In this document: in pieces, positions 1 through 11,528 of the stretch
Numbering within the stretch: position 1 is the stretch's first letter
Layout: each line of letters opens with the position of its first letter
Origin: Deltaproteobacteria bacterium
Lineage (GTDB): Bacteria; Desulfobacterota; Desulfomonilia; UBA1062
Assembly: GCA_029574005.1 (NCBI GenBank)
Contig: JAKQBR010000080.1
Span: 1-37,510 of the forward strand
Length of the DNA: 37,510 nt
Direction: 5' to 3'
Notes under the pieces: model-generated
What the model was told of the DNA's origin: nothing
Databases searched by the model: none
Seen by the model: only the letters and a program-made list of their open reading frames with translations
Translations under genes and position numbers: made by a program

Positions 1-551
1 GTGTCCGGGATGGCGGCCAGGTTGATGCCCACATAGGGGCCGGCGGCGCGTTTGCTCTTGCCGTGGATATAGCGCGCGATCACCTCCTTGCCCGTGCCCG
101 ATTCGCCCTGGATCAGGACCGGGGACTGGGTCGGCGCGACCTTGTCCACCACCTCCATGACGCGCTGCATGGCGGGGTCGGCGATCACGATCGAGCGCAG
201 GTCCTGGACCTTCTGCGAACGGCCGTGGCGCAAGAGCACCTGCAGCGCGGACTGGAGGTCTTCGGCCTTGAAGGGCTTCTTCAGGAAGTGGGTGGCCCCC
301 ACGCGGGTGGCGGTCGCGGCGTCGCGCGTACCGATCGCCACGATCTCGATCTCGGGATACACCTGTTTGGTGCCCTCGATCACCTCCAGGAAGTCGTCGG
401 CTATGATCGCCAGGGCATGCTGCTTGGGATTGATGACGGCCAGGAAGCGTTCCTTTTCCGTGAAGGGGACCGGCACCTGTGCGATGCCCTCCACCACGGC
501 GGCCATGACGTTGACGGTTTCCTTATCGGGATCGAGTATGGCGATAGCCAT
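1..551 (-). CDS. sigma-54-dependent response regulator (NtrC/FleR/FlbD-like), 5' part; runs off the left edge
   Basis: Not in the ORF track. Manual translation from ATG at 551 (purine-rich GGAGGAGG upstream): MAIAILDPDKETVNV...HFLKKPFKAEDL (receiver-like), then ADPAMQRVMEVVDKVAPTQSPVLIQGESGTGKEVIARYIH...INLAAIPD (AAA+ Walker A of enhancer-binding proteins). Confidence 0.9.
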   Translation of the reverse strand, partial: MAIAILDPDKETVNVMAAVVEGIAQVPVPFTEKERFLAVINPKQHALAIIADDFLEVIEGTKQVYPEIEIVAIGTRDAATATRVGATHFLKKPFKAEDLQSALQVLLRHGRSQKVQDLRSIVIADPAMQRVMEVVDKVAPTQSPVLIQGESGTGKEVIARYIHGKSKRAAGPYVGINLAAIPD

Positions 552-579
552 CGGCTGCTTCCTTCCTCCTCCGTGTCTC

Positions 580-3500
580 TTACGGCGCTTCGGTCGGCGG
601 GCTGAGCGGTATGACCGGCGCGGGGGCGCTCTCAGCCGCCGGGGCGGTTGTCTGTCCGGCCTGTGCCGCGGGGGTGTCCCGCTCCGGCGTAACGCCGGAA
701 GGCGCGGTCTCGGGCGCAGGGGCGACGCTCGGAGCCGACACCGACGGGGCCGGGGTTTGAGCCGCGGACGGCGCGGCGGTCGGGGCCGGGGATGAGGGCG
801 CTTGAACCTTGTCCGGGATGACCGGCGGCGAGGTCTTCACCGTCTCCGCGGGCGATATCCGTGGCGTCTGCCGAGGCCTCGTGGGCTGGGTGGGCCTGGA
901 CACGCGGCGCGCCGGCGCCTCGGTGGACTGGGGCGCGGGGGCCGTTGCCTCCATGCCGGGGACGGATACGGGTGGCTCCGCTCTATCCGTCACGGACGCC
1001 GCCGGGGCCTCCGGCGGGGCCTGAATCTCACCGCGGACGGCCTCGGGCTTGAACTGCGCCACGCTGCCCTTGAGGTCCATCTCGGACAGATACGACCTGG
1101 CGGCCCTGATCAGGAGCGGGTCGCCGCTGTTCTGGACGATCCTGTTGAAGAGCGGCACCGCCGCGTTGATGTCGCCCTGGCGCATCATGATCCTGGCGAT
1201 GTTGAAGCTGGCGCCCCAGTGGTAACGCGACTGCGGATAGGTTTTCTGGAGCCTTTCGAACAGATACCTCGCGGCCAGGGGGTCCTGCGACATCTGGCGG
1301 CCGGCCCGCAGATACATGGCCCATGCTATGGTCGGCGACCTGAGCTGGGGAGACAACGCGATGATGCGATCGAGGCTGCGGTCCTCCCCGGCGCCGTCTC
1401 CCAGCGCATGGTAGCAGTCCACCAGCGTGGTCAGGGCCGGGAGCGCGCGTGCGTCCTGGGTGCCGGCCGCGTACTCCAGATAGGGAACGGCCTCCTTGAA
1501 ATAGCGCAGGCGATACAGCACCATGCCGCGGCCTTGCCTGACGCGGAAGGCGGCCGGACCGTTCGGATACTCGCTCAGATAAAGGTTGTTCCAGCGCAGG
1601 GCATCGTTCATGCGGCCCAGGGTGTAGTCCACGCCGAAGAGCTCCGCCAGGGCGGTCTCCCGAAAATCCGACGGCCGTTTCACACAGTTCACCAGGAGGG
1701 CCCGGGCATTGGCCACCTGCCCCTCCTTGACCAGGGCCTGCGCCAGGATCAGCATGACCTCGGGGTCGCGGATATCGGCCAGGAAGCTGGCGCGGTACTT
1801 GGCATAGATCTCGAGCATGGCCTTGGCGTCCCCTGCGGCCGCCAGGACGCGCAGGCGTGAGGCCAGGCTTGTGATGGCCTCCGAGTAGGCGTACTTGTGC
1901 AGCGGGTCCTCGGGCTTGGTCTCGCGCCAGCTCTGGTCGAAGGCGGCGAAGGCCTGGTCCCAGTCGCCGTGGCGGGCATAGAGCTGGGCGCGACGGATCT
2001 TGACGATCGGCGCCAGCGCGCTCTCCGGCGTGTTGGGCGCGATCTCGATGCCGTCATAGATCCCGAGGACCTCGTAGAAGGTCTTGTTGGCGAGCTTGCC
2101 GTCGTCTTTCAGGTCGTTGTCGATCAGGATGGAGGCCTTGCGCAGCTTGGCGATCACGATGTTCTCGCCCTGCACCGGCAGGTTGCCCACCTGGGAGTAG
2201 ACCTCAACGGCCTGCTGCATCTGCCCCAGCTTGTACAGACAGTCGCCCAGCCTGAGCATCTGCATCGTCTTGGCGCGCGGGTCGCCGAGATTGATGGACA
2301 GGAGCATGTAGGTACGCGCCTTCTCCATATCCCCGATCTTGAAGGCGGCGTCACCCAGGCGGGCGTAGAGGCCCAGGTCTTTCTTGAAGATGCCCTGGTC
2401 ATTGGCCGCGGCCTTGGCATACTCGTCCAGGGCCTTGGCGTAGTCGTTCAGGCCGAGGTAGGCATCCCCCAAGGCCGCATGGTAAGCCCCTTTTTCGCCG
2501 GCGGGGATGATCGCCTCCGGGAAGGTTATCAGGAGGCGTTTGTTGGCGGCGAAGGCGTCTTCGAACAGGGCCTGTTTATTGAGCAGGTCCATCTCCTTGA
2601 TGCGGGCGCTGATGGCGATGTCGTCCGACGGCGAGTCCTTGAGGAAGCGGATATACTTGCGCGCCTCGTCGAGGTTGCCCATGGCCAGGAGCATGCCGGC
2701 ATACGCCAGGATGGCGCGTTCGCGCTCCAGACCGGGGGTCATGCCGGACAGGCCTTGGGCCATGAGCTGCAGCGCATCCCCGGAAAGGGCGCTATCGCTG
2801 GGATAGGATATCCTCCACCAGGCGCTGGCCAGCAAGACGGCCGCCTCCGGACTGAGACTGGCGCGGTGGGGTCTCAACAGATTGATGACCGTGGCCATGT
2901 CGTCCCGGGCATAGGCCTCGCGGGCCATGGACAAGAGCTTGGCCATATCGATGGTCTCGGTGGTGCTCAAGTCGAGTACGACCTCGCGCCTCTGCGGAAG
3001 CTCCCGGATCGTCACGCCTTTGGCGTCCGGAGAGATGACGAGCACCACCGCGCTGCCTCCCTGCATCTTCATCATGCCGCCGTAGCTCACGAAAGGCACG
3101 TTCTCGACGCGGCCCTTCACGTCATCGCACCCCACCGACTGATCAAAGACCAGATAGACCCGTCCGGCCGACTTGGCGTTGAGTATCCGGGGCCAGACAT
3201 CCGGGGCGATGTGGATGGAGACACTGAAGCCCGCGGCGCGGGCCGTGGAATCGATGGAGGTGATCGGGCAGGGCGTGGGGGCTGCCTGGCCGGTGGTGAT
3301 ATCGATCACGAACCGCTCCGGCCTGCTTAAAACCGAGGTCTTGTACTGGTATGGGCCGCTCATGGTGATGCGCGCCACGCTGCCGTCAAAGGTCAGTTCC
3401 TTGATGCCGAAGAAGTCGCGGTAGGTGGAAGGCGTCCCGATGATGTCGGGAAAATTGACGATCAGTGACTGTTCATCCCTCAGGATATCGGGGGTCAACG

Positions 3501-3660
3501 GCTCCTTGAGATTGAAAACAATGCGAACCCTGTCGGCCGTTCCGCCGACCTGGAGCGCCTCGGCAGCGGCGGCCGGGCCGGGCCGGAGCATCAGCGCCGC
3601 CGCCGTCAGGGCGAGGCACAAAAGGCGCAAACAAAAGCGTGAGTGCGAATATCCCTTCAT
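580..3660 (-). CDS. Large exported tetratricopeptide-repeat protein with N-terminal AMIN-like beta region and Pro/Ala/Thr-rich C-terminal tail
   Basis: ORF 580..3684. Signal-peptide-like LLCLALTAAALML..AAAA, RIVFNL...PERFVIDI (AMIN-like), many TPR-like helices (LGDAYLGLNDYAKALDEY, LGDCLYKLGQMQQAVEVY). Start uncertain; ATG 3660 preferred. Confidence 0.8.
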   Translation of the reverse strand: MKGYSHSRFCLRLLCLALTAAALMLRPGPAAAAEALQVGGTADRVRIVFNLKEPLTPDILRDEQSLIVNFPDIIGTPSTYRDFFGIKELTFDGSVARITMSGPYQYKTSVLSRPERFVIDITTGQAAPTPCPITSIDSTARAAGFSVSIHIAPDVWPRILNAKSAGRVYLVFDQSVGCDDVKGRVENVPFVSYGGMMKMQGGSAVVLVISPDAKGVTIRELPQRREVVLDLSTTETIDMAKLLSMAREAYARDDMATVINLLRPHRASLSPEAAVLLASAWWRISYPSDSALSGDALQLMAQGLSGMTPGLERERAILAYAGMLLAMGNLDEARKYIRFLKDSPSDDIAISARIKEMDLLNKQALFEDAFAANKRLLITFPEAIIPAGEKGAYHAALGDAYLGLNDYAKALDEYAKAAANDQGIFKKDLGLYARLGDAAFKIGDMEKARTYMLLSINLGDPRAKTMQMLRLGDCLYKLGQMQQAVEVYSQVGNLPVQGENIVIAKLRKASILIDNDLKDDGKLANKTFYEVLGIYDGIEIAPNTPESALAPIVKIRRAQLYARHGDWDQAFAAFDQSWRETKPEDPLHKYAYSEAITSLASRLRVLAAAGDAKAMLEIYAKYRASFLADIRDPEVMLILAQALVKEGQVANARALLVNCVKRPSDFRETALAELFGVDYTLGRMNDALRWNNLYLSEYPNGPAAFRVRQGRGMVLYRLRYFKEAVPYLEYAAGTQDARALPALTTLVDCYHALGDGAGEDRSLDRIIALSPQLRSPTIAWAMYLRAGRQMSQDPLAARYLFERLQKTYPQSRYHWGASFNIARIMMRQGDINAAVPLFNRIVQNSGDPLLIRAARSYLSEMDLKGSVAQFKPEAVRGEIQAPPEAPAASVTDRAEPPVSVPGMEATAPAPQSTEAPARRVSRPTQPTRPRQTPRISPAETVKTSPPVIPDKVQAPSSPAPTAAPSAAQTPAPSVSAPSVAPAPETAPSGVTPERDTPAAQAGQTTAPAAESAPAPVIPLSPPTEAP

Positions 3661-3676
3661 CACCGTGACGCATTCA

Positions 3677-3692
3677 TACAACATTCATGCCA
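3677..3692 (-). promoter_or_regulatory. Possible sigma-54 (-24/-12) promoter of the TPR gene
   Basis: Minus strand TGGCAT-GAATG-TTGTA versus consensus TGGCAC-N5-TTGCW. The -12 GC is GT here, so the match is imperfect. Confidence 0.35.
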
Positions 3693-3820
3693 TTGCAAAG
3701 CAAGGGATGTGGTGAAAGGGAACGGCCGCCAAGAAGAAAAGCCATGAGGTGTGCGGTGAAGGCATGTCGGAACCAGGCCTCCTCGATGGCGGTTCCGCCA
3801 TCTCCCCTGTGCCTGGTATC

Positions 3821-5224
<1,404 letters not shown>

Positions 5225-5316
5225 GCGCGTTTGGCCTCATGCAGGTGCGAATAGCATACAAAGAGGGGAGCGTCAATATATAGACGCTCCCTCCATAACA
5301 AACCGGTTACCAGGCC

Positions 5317-5592
5317 CTATTCATTGACCCGATCGCGCATGTCCTTGCCGGTCTTGAAGAAGGGGAGTTTCTTGGCCTTGACCTTGATCTTTTCGCCGCT
5401 CTTGGGATTTCTTCCGGTGTAGGGTTTGTAGGAACGCAGCATGAAGCTCCCGAAACCCCTGATCTCCACCCGTCTGTTCTCCTTCATGGCCTTGGTGATG
5501 GAACCCAGGATGGTGTTGACGACCGATTCCGCCTTCTTGGGGTGCAGGGCTAAGCGCATGGACAGTTCTTCGATCAATTGTGACTTATTCAT
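5317..5592 (-). CDS. ihfB: Integration host factor beta / HU-family DNA-binding protein
   Basis: MNKSQLIEEL...RVEIRGFGSF...GRNPKSGE..V..K..PFFKTGK signature. Confidence 0.88.
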   Translation of the reverse strand: MNKSQLIEELSMRLALHPKKAESVVNTILGSITKAMKENRRVEIRGFGSFMLRSYKPYTGRNPKSGEKIKVKAKKLPFFKTGKDMRDRVNE

Positions 5593-5648
5593 CTACTGCC
5601 TCCTGGTCTAAGGAATTACATTAAAATATAAGCACCTACGCATACAAG

Positions 5649-6371
5649 TCAAGTAACTTTCGGTTTTTTTAACATCTTATCCAGCAATTTCCTTTCAGAA
5701 GCGCTTAATTCCCGGATTTGTCCGGGGCGCAAATCCTTGAGCCTGACCGGCCCGACCGCCACCCGCTTGAGCGATGCGACCGTTAATCCGACACTGGCGG
5801 CCATGCGTTTGATCTGATTCTTGAGGCCCTGCTTGAGGACGATCCTCACCCAGGTCCCCCCGGTATCGTCCCTGATACGCTCGACCTCGGCCGGCCGCGT
5901 CTTGCGCCCGTCCAGGACCACCCCGTGCGCCATCTGTTCCAGCGCCTCCCGGCTCGCCACGGGCGTGAGCCTGACGATGTACTCCTTGGGCACACCGTAA
6001 GAGGGGTGATGGATGGCATTGGCCATATCTCCGTCATTGGTGAGGATGAGGAGCCCCTCGGCATCGAAATCGAGCCGACCCGCCGGGAAAACCCCCTGGT
6101 ACTTCTTCGGGATGAGGGCACGGATACAGGGACGGCCCTCGGGATCGGACAGGGTGGTAACGACGAATCTCGGTTTATTGAGCGCCAGATACCATTTGCG
6201 GCCCGTCCGCACGGCCAGTCCGTCGATGCACACGCGGTCCACCTCCGGGTCGAGGGTGTCCCCTAAGACGGCCCGGCGGCCGTTGATGGTGACGCGTCCG
6301 CTCTCAATGGCCGCGTCCGCCGCGCGCCGCGACAGGCTGCCCGATTGCGAGATGTACCGGTTGATGCGCAT
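5649..6371 (-). CDS. rluB: RsuA/RluB-family rRNA pseudouridine synthase
   Basis: S4 domain MRINRYISQSG..SRRAAD..I..GRV, NKP, GRLDFDAEGLLILTNDG. Start moved to ATG 6371. Confidence 0.88.
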   Translation of the reverse strand: MRINRYISQSGSLSRRAADAAIESGRVTINGRRAVLGDTLDPEVDRVCIDGLAVRTGRKWYLALNKPRFVVTTLSDPEGRPCIRALIPKKYQGVFPAGRLDFDAEGLLILTNDGDMANAIHHPSYGVPKEYIVRLTPVASREALEQMAHGVVLDGRKTRPAEVERIRDDTGGTWVRIVLKQGLKNQIKRMAASVGLTVASLKRVAVGPVRLKDLRPGQIRELSASERKLLDKMLKKPKVT

Positions 6372-6538
6372 CAGCAGGGTATATATAACCAAATCTCCGT
6401 GGATCCAAGCACGAAAAGCGGGGCGCGCCACCATGCCCCCGGCCGCTTAACCCGGCGCGGGGAAAATGCCGATAGGGTGCAGGAGCAGACGGTATACGCC
6501 AAAGCGATATGCGCCCGGCGCCTGGTCCCCGGGAAAGG

Positions 6539-8191
6539 ATGGCTGACATGCAGGCACATACGAAAAGACTGTTCGTAAAGCCGCTTCTGTATCAGGAACT
6601 GGTGGTCAGCGCGGTCCTCTTGCCACTGATCCTGGTGGTCATGACCCAGAACATCGTGGGCCTGGAAAAATACAAGACGCTCCTGGACGCCTTGAACGCC
6701 TTTGTCATTCTGACCGGCATCAGTCTGAGGATCGCGGTCAAATACCTCTGCGTCAGACCGGCCATCCGCATCATGGGGCAGGAGCGATGCGAACCGCAGG
6801 AGGCCCGCCATGCCCTGCGGCTGACCTCCATTCAACCCATGGCCGAATCCATCGCCATAGCCATGAGCTGGTCGGTCTTTGCCTTTTTCCTCTCAATCCT
6901 CGTCCCCTACGTCATGGGCTATTCCCAACTCCCCGACCTGATCTTCTCGACCATCACCTGCTGCATGATTGCGCTCCTGGTCATGCCGTTCTACTACCTC
7001 TTTGTCGAGAACAGCCTGGTGCCCTTTTACCGTCGCATCAGCGAGACGGGCCTCGTCGACATGGAGTCGCGCATCTTCCGCCTGAGCCTGGGCCGCAAGG
7101 TCCTCTTCACCATCTTCTTCACGGCCATACCGCCCATCGGCATGATCAGCGGCCTGATCTACTACGCCGTTGCCATGCACTTGGATATCGCCACGCTGAA
7201 AGGCGCCTTCGGCCTGATCATGGTCATGATCGTAATCATGACGGGCATCAACAGCTATTTGCTGATCAAGAATCTCTCCGTCTCCCTTGGGCGCATGTCC
7301 GGGATGCTCAAGGACATGGCCAAGGGCCAGGGCGATCTCACCAAGCGTTTGGAGATCACAGGCTTGAACGAGGTCGGCGAACTGGCCTACTGGTTCAACG
7401 CCTTCATGCACGACCTGGAGGAACTGGTGGCCAATGTCCGCTCCATATCGCTCGGACTCCATCAGATCATCGAGGAGGTCAGCGCGGGATCCCAGGGGCT
7501 CTCACAGGCCACCCAGGAACAGGCCGCCTCCCTGGAGCAGGTCTCGGCCTCCGTCGAGGAGATAAACGCCACCATCAGGCACAACGCCGATCTCATCCAC
7601 GAGGGGCAGGACGCCTCGCATACCGTCACCACGATCATAGAGCAGAACAAGTCCGGGTTCGACCAGCTCGCCAAGGCCATTGCCGGGATCACCCAGGACT
7701 CCCGGAAGATTGGAGACATCGTGCAGACCGTCAACGAGGTGGCCTTCCATACCAACCTGCTGGCCTTGAACGCCGCGGTCGAGGCCGCCCGCGCTGGGGA
7801 GCACGGCAAGGGGTTCGCCGTGGTAGCCGCGGAGGTGCGCGCCCTGGCGCAGCGCTCGGCCCAGGCCGCGGGCGAGATCCGCTCCTTGATCGAGGGCACG
7901 GTCGACAAGATCCAGCAGGGCGACGCCATGATGTCCAAGACCTCGGTCTCGCTGGAGGAGATGCTCTCACGCCTGGAGGTCCTCTTCCAGATGATGGATG
8001 TCATCGGCACCTCCAGCACGGAACAGATCCAGGGCATCGAAGAGCTCAACCGCGCCATCGTCCAGATCGACGGCTCCACCCAGAGCAACGCATCAACGGT
8101 CGAGGAACTGGCCAGCGTCATGGATAACCTCAAGGCCGAGGCCGAACATCTGGCCGAGAACGTGCGCAAGTTCAAGGTGCGCGACAGCTAG
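6539..8191 (+). CDS. Methyl-accepting chemotaxis protein with multi-TM N-terminus and HAMP domain
   Basis: About six hydrophobic segments, HAMP GDLTKRL...[11 protein letters not shown], signalling hairpin [37 protein letters not shown]. Confidence 0.93.
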   Translation: MADMQAHTKRLFVKPLLYQELVVSAVLLPLILVVMTQNIVGLEKYKTLLDALNAFVILTGISLRIAVKYLCVRPAIRIMGQERCEPQEARHALRLTSIQPMAESIAIAMSWSVFAFFLSILVPYVMGYSQLPDLIFSTITCCMIALLVMPFYYLFVENSLVPFYRRISETGLVDMESRIFRLSLGRKVLFTIFFTAIPPIGMISGLIYYAVAMHLDIATLKGAFGLIMVMIVIMTGINSYLLIKNLSVSLGRMSGMLKDMAKGQGDLTKRLEITGLNEVGELAYWFNAFMHDLEELVANVRSISLGLHQIIEEVSAGSQGLSQATQEQAASLEQVSASVEEINATIRHNADLIHEGQDASHTVTTIIEQNKSGFDQLAKAIAGITQDSRKIGDIVQTVNEVAFHTNLLALNAAVEAARAGEHGKGFAVVAAEVRALAQRSAQAAGEIRSLIEGTVDKIQQGDAMMSKTSVSLEEMLSRLEVLFQMMDVIGTSSTEQIQGIEELNRAIVQIDGSTQSNASTVEELASVMDNLKAEAEHLAENVRKFKVRDS

Positions 8192-8234
8192 AAAAAAGGA
8201 GGGTCGCCGCGCCTGCGACGCGGCGACCCTCCTT
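8192..8234 (-). terminator. Intrinsic terminator of the tRNA operon (possibly also serving the convergent MCP gene)
   Basis: 16-bp stem aaggagggtcgccgcg/cgcggcgaccctcctt, 7-nt loop, T-run on the minus strand (a-run 8192-8197). Confidence 0.85.
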
Positions 8235-8242
8235 CCGGTGAC

Positions 8243-8318
8243 TGGTGGGCCATCTAGGGCTCGAACCTAGGACCTACGGATTAAGAGTCCGGTGCTCTAC
8301 CAGTTGAGCTAATGGCCC
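8243..8318 (-). tRNA. tRNA-Lys(CTT)
   Basis: GGGCCATTAGCTCAACTGGTAGAGCACCGGACT-CTT-AATCCG...GGTTCGAGCC...CCA. Confidence 0.96.
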
Positions 8319-8393
8319 ATATCCTTGTATCTGATCCCCTGTATCCTTTATCCCTATACTACACTTCTATCAAAACTTCCATACCCTGGTGCA

Positions 8394-8470
<77 letters not shown>

Positions 8471-8484
8471 ACGGCCGTAAAACC

Positions 8485-8561
8485 TGGGGTGAGTGATGGG
8501 GTTCGAACCCACGGCCACAGGAGCCACAATCCTGTGCTCTGCCAGCTGAGCTACACTCACC
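8485..8561 (-). tRNA. tRNA-His(GTG), including encoded G-1
   Basis: GGTGAGTGTAGCTCAGCTGGCAGAGCACAGGATT-GTG-GCTCCTG...GGTTCGAACCC...CCCCA. Confidence 0.95.
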
Positions 8562-8569
8562 ATATCCGT

Positions 8570-8646
<77 letters not shown>

Positions 8647-8664
8647 ACACCCTTTGCCTTGTCC

Positions 8665-8742
<78 letters not shown>

Positions 8743-8751
8743 TGTCCGTGC

Positions 8752-8780
8752 TCTATAGCAGAGGGTTTCCGGCATGGCAA
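8752..8780 (-). promoter_or_regulatory. sigma-70-type promoter of the tRNA operon
   Basis: Minus strand TTGCCA-17 nt-TATAGA with TG extension (tgcTATAGA), ending 9 nt upstream of tRNA-Pro. Confidence 0.6.
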
Positions 8781-8841
8781 GCCTTTTTTTCAGGGGCCGA
8801 ATTGCCTGCAACCAATCGTTTTTAAAGACGTTATACGACTT

Positions 8842-9282
8842 CTAACCTCGACCGAGCTTGTCCAGGATGCCCTGTTCCACACCCTCCATCTCTAAGGCGC
8901 GCCCTGCGTTTTCACCCTCATGGTCGAACCCGCACAGGTGGCAGATGCCGTGCACCAACAGCTGCATCAGACGCTCGTCGAACGTCATACCGGCCTGGCT
9001 TGCCTCGTCCTCGGCGCGCTCGACCGAGATGACGATATCGCCCAGGTGCGCGCCGTAACAACCTTCGCCTTCCTGCTGGGGAAAGGAGATCACGTTCGTG
9101 GCCCGGTCGCGCCCCAGGTACTGCTTGTTCAGGCGCCTGATGTAGCGGTCATCCACAAACACGATCGAGAGCTCGGCCTCGTCGCGGCCCAGTTCCACGA
9201 GCATGGCCTCGGCCCACCGGCGGACCAGCTCTTCGTCCAGCGCGATCTTTTCCTGCAAGTCCTGCACGTCGACAATGATCAT
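8842..9282 (-). CDS. ybeY: rRNA maturation endoribonuclease YbeY
   Basis: LNKQYLGRDRATNVISF, LGDIVIS, HGICHLCGFDH metal-binding motif. Confidence 0.95.
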   Translation of the reverse strand: MIIVDVQDLQEKIALDEELVRRWAEAMLVELGRDEAELSIVFVDDRYIRRLNKQYLGRDRATNVISFPQQEGEGCYGAHLGDIVISVERAEDEASQAGMTFDERLMQLLVHGICHLCGFDHEGENAGRALEMEGVEQGILDKLGRG

Positions 9283-10223
9283 TCCCCCCCCCGGTCATAG
9301 GCCTTGATGATCTCGGAGACAAGCCGGTGCCGCACGACATCGTCCTCGCTGAAGGTGATGAAGCTCAAGCCCTCGACGGACTTCAGGATGCGCGAGGCCT
9401 CAATGAGTCCGGACCTGGTCGTGTTCGGCAAGTCCACCTGGGTGACGTCGCCGGTGATGACGGCCTTGGAATTGAACCCCAGGCGCGTCAGGAACATCTT
9501 CATCTGCTCCGAGGTGGTGTTCTGCGCCTCGTCCAGGATGATGAAGGCGTCGTTCAGGGTCCGCCCGCGCATGAACGCCAAGGGCGCCACCTCGATGGCG
9601 TCGCGCTGCAGGAGCCGCATCACATGGTCGTGGTCCAGCATGTCGTAGAGCGCGTCGTACAGCGGCCTTAGATAGGGATTGACCTTCTGCTCCAGGTCGC
9701 CCGGCAAGAACCCCAGCCGCTCGCCCGCCTCGACCGCCGGCCGGGTCAGCACGATGCGCTCCACCTTTTTCTTGAGCAGGAACGAGATGGCCATGGCCAT
9801 GGCCAGATAGGTCTTGCCCGTGCCGGCCGGGCCGATCCCGAAGACCACGTCCTTGTCGCGCATGGCGTCGATGTAGAGCTTCTGCTGCAGGCTCTTGGGC
9901 ATGACCACCTTCTTGGTGGATGAGATGTAGATCGTGTCCATGAAGACGTCCTGCAGGTTGATGGTGCGGTCCTTGGCGAGCATGCGCACGGCGTACCAGA
10001 CATCCGAGGGATAGAGCGGGAAGCCTTCCTTGAGGAGCTTGTACAGATCGGACAGGACATGCCGGGCCAGCTCTATATCGTAGTCCTCGCCCATGAGCTC
10101 AATGGTGTTGCCCTTGAGGGCGCAGCGCACGCCGATGTGCTCCTCCAGGATCTTCAGGTGCGAGCAACTGTCGCCCGCCAACTGCCGCAGGACATGCGTA
10201 TCGGGAAATTCCATGCTTGCCAT
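9279..10223 (-). CDS. phoH: PhoH-family ATPase (YbeZ-like)
   Basis: [46 protein letters not shown]; overlaps the ybeY start. Confidence 0.95.
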   Translation of the reverse strand: MASMEFPDTHVLRQLAGDSCSHLKILEEHIGVRCALKGNTIELMGEDYDIELARHVLSDLYKLLKEGFPLYPSDVWYAVRMLAKDRTINLQDVFMDTIYISSTKKVVMPKSLQQKLYIDAMRDKDVVFGIGPAGTGKTYLAMAMAISFLLKKKVERIVLTRPAVEAGERLGFLPGDLEQKVNPYLRPLYDALYDMLDHDHVMRLLQRDAIEVAPLAFMRGRTLNDAFIILDEAQNTTSEQMKMFLTRLGFNSKAVITGDVTQVDLPNTTRSGLIEASRILKSVEGLSFITFSEDDVVRHRLVSEIIKAYDRGGE

Positions 10224-10385
10224 GTACGCTAAACGCGCCTCTTATATTTATTATAGTGCCTGACTATAGGATCTCTTGCTAAGAGCCTTATACCAAAAAC
10301 GCCGCGCATACAAGCCTGCGTGCGGCGGTCAAGGGCAGTTTTTTAAGCCCTTGCGGATCGGCAAGGGTTGTATTATGAAGTGCCC

Positions 10386-10751
10386 ATGTTTAAGGCCAAG
10401 ATTCGTGACAGCTTCAGCGCCGCGCACTGCCTGCGCGGGTATCAGGGCGACTGCGAGCGTCTGCACGGGCACAACTACCGCGTCGAGGTCACGGTAGCGT
10501 CCGCCACCCTCGACGAGATCGGCATCGTCATGGATTTCCGCGAACTCAAGGCGTCCCTCAAGGAAATCCTCTTTGAGATGGACCACCACTACCTCAACGA
10601 CCTGGCCGCCTTCGAGAACCGCAACCCATCGGCCGAACAGATCGCCCGGCATATCCATGCGCGCCTGAAAGGCATGCTGCCTTCCGGCATTGCCCTATCC
10701 GAAGTGGCGGTATGGGAGAATGAAAACTGCTGTGCCCTGTACAGCGAATAG
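10386..10751 (+). CDS. queD: 6-carboxytetrahydropterin synthase
   Basis: FSAAHCL...CERLHGHNY, MDF, DHHYLN, NPSAE, WEN; ATG at 10386. Confidence 0.92.
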   Translation: MFKAKIRDSFSAAHCLRGYQGDCERLHGHNYRVEVTVASATLDEIGIVMDFRELKASLKEILFEMDHHYLNDLAAFENRNPSAEQIARHIHARLKGMLPSGIALSEVAVWENENCCALYSE

Positions 10752-11528
10752 GTGGACATCGTGAAAGACGTTCAGCGCCAGCGGCCGGACAATCCGCTCT
10801 ATATCCAGAAGGTCGGCGTCAAAGGCATCGCCTACCCGATCGTGGTGCTCGACAAGAAGCGCGGCACCCAGCATACCGTGGCATCCATCAATTTGTACTG
10901 CGACCTGCCCATGGAGTTCAAGGGCACGCACATGAGCCGCTTCATCGAGGTGCTCAACGACTACCGCGAGGAGATCCATATCAAGAAGTTCGAACACATC
11001 CTGAACGAGATCCGCTCGGCCCTGGAAGCGGCCAGCGCCCACATGGAGATCGAATTCACCTACTTCATGGAGAAGCAGGCCCCGGTCACGGGCGCCGTCG
11101 GTTTGATGGGCTACCAGTGCTCGCTCTCCGGCATGGTGGGGGCCAAGCGCGAGTTCACGGTGGGCGTCAAGGTCCCGATCCAGACCCTGTGCCCCTGCTC
11201 CAAGGAGATCAGCGTGGCCAGCGCCCACAGCCAGCGCGGCATGGTCAGCGTCGTGGTGCGTTATGAGCGTTTCTTCTGGATCGAGGACCTGATCGAACTG
11301 GTCGAGGGCTGCGGTTCCAGTCCCGTCTACGCCATCCTGAAACGGCCGGACGAAAAATTCGTCACCGAACACGCCTACGCCCACCCCATGTTTGTGGAGG
11401 ACGTGGTCAGACAGGCGGCCTCCGAGCTCGCCAAACATGACGAGTTCTCCTGGTTCTCGGTCGAGGCCGAGAACAACGAGAGCATCCACAACCACAACGC
11501 CTATGCCTATATCGAGGGCGGGGAATAA
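10752..11528 (+). CDS. folE2: GTP cyclohydrolase IB
   Basis: IQKVGVKG, KGTHMSRF, TLCPCSKEIS...AHSQR, KRPDEK.VTE.AY..PMFVED, ESIHNHNAYA. Confidence 0.95.
   Translation: MDIVKDVQRQRPDNPLYIQKVGVKGIAYPIVVLDKKRGTQHTVASINLYCDLPMEFKGTHMSRFIEVLNDYREEIHIKKFEHILNEIRSALEAASAHMEIEFTYFMEKQAPVTGAVGLMGYQCSLSGMVGAKREFTVGVKVPIQTLCPCSKEISVASAHSQRGMVSVVVRYERFFWIEDLIELVEGCGSSPVYAILKRPDEKFVTEHAYAHPMFVEDVVRQAASELAKHDEFSWFSVEAENNESIHNHNAYAYIEGGE

Noticed and set aside
3772-3818. Hairpin gatggcgg/ccgccatc with outer accaggc/gcctggt as an ncRNA
   Set aside because: Better explained as an ordinary 3' stem-loop after the regulator gene; no family features.
8243-8340. Prophage or island attachment at the tRNA 3' ends
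   Set aside because: No integrase and no duplicated tRNA 3' fragment seen; a terminator follows tRNA-Lys directly.
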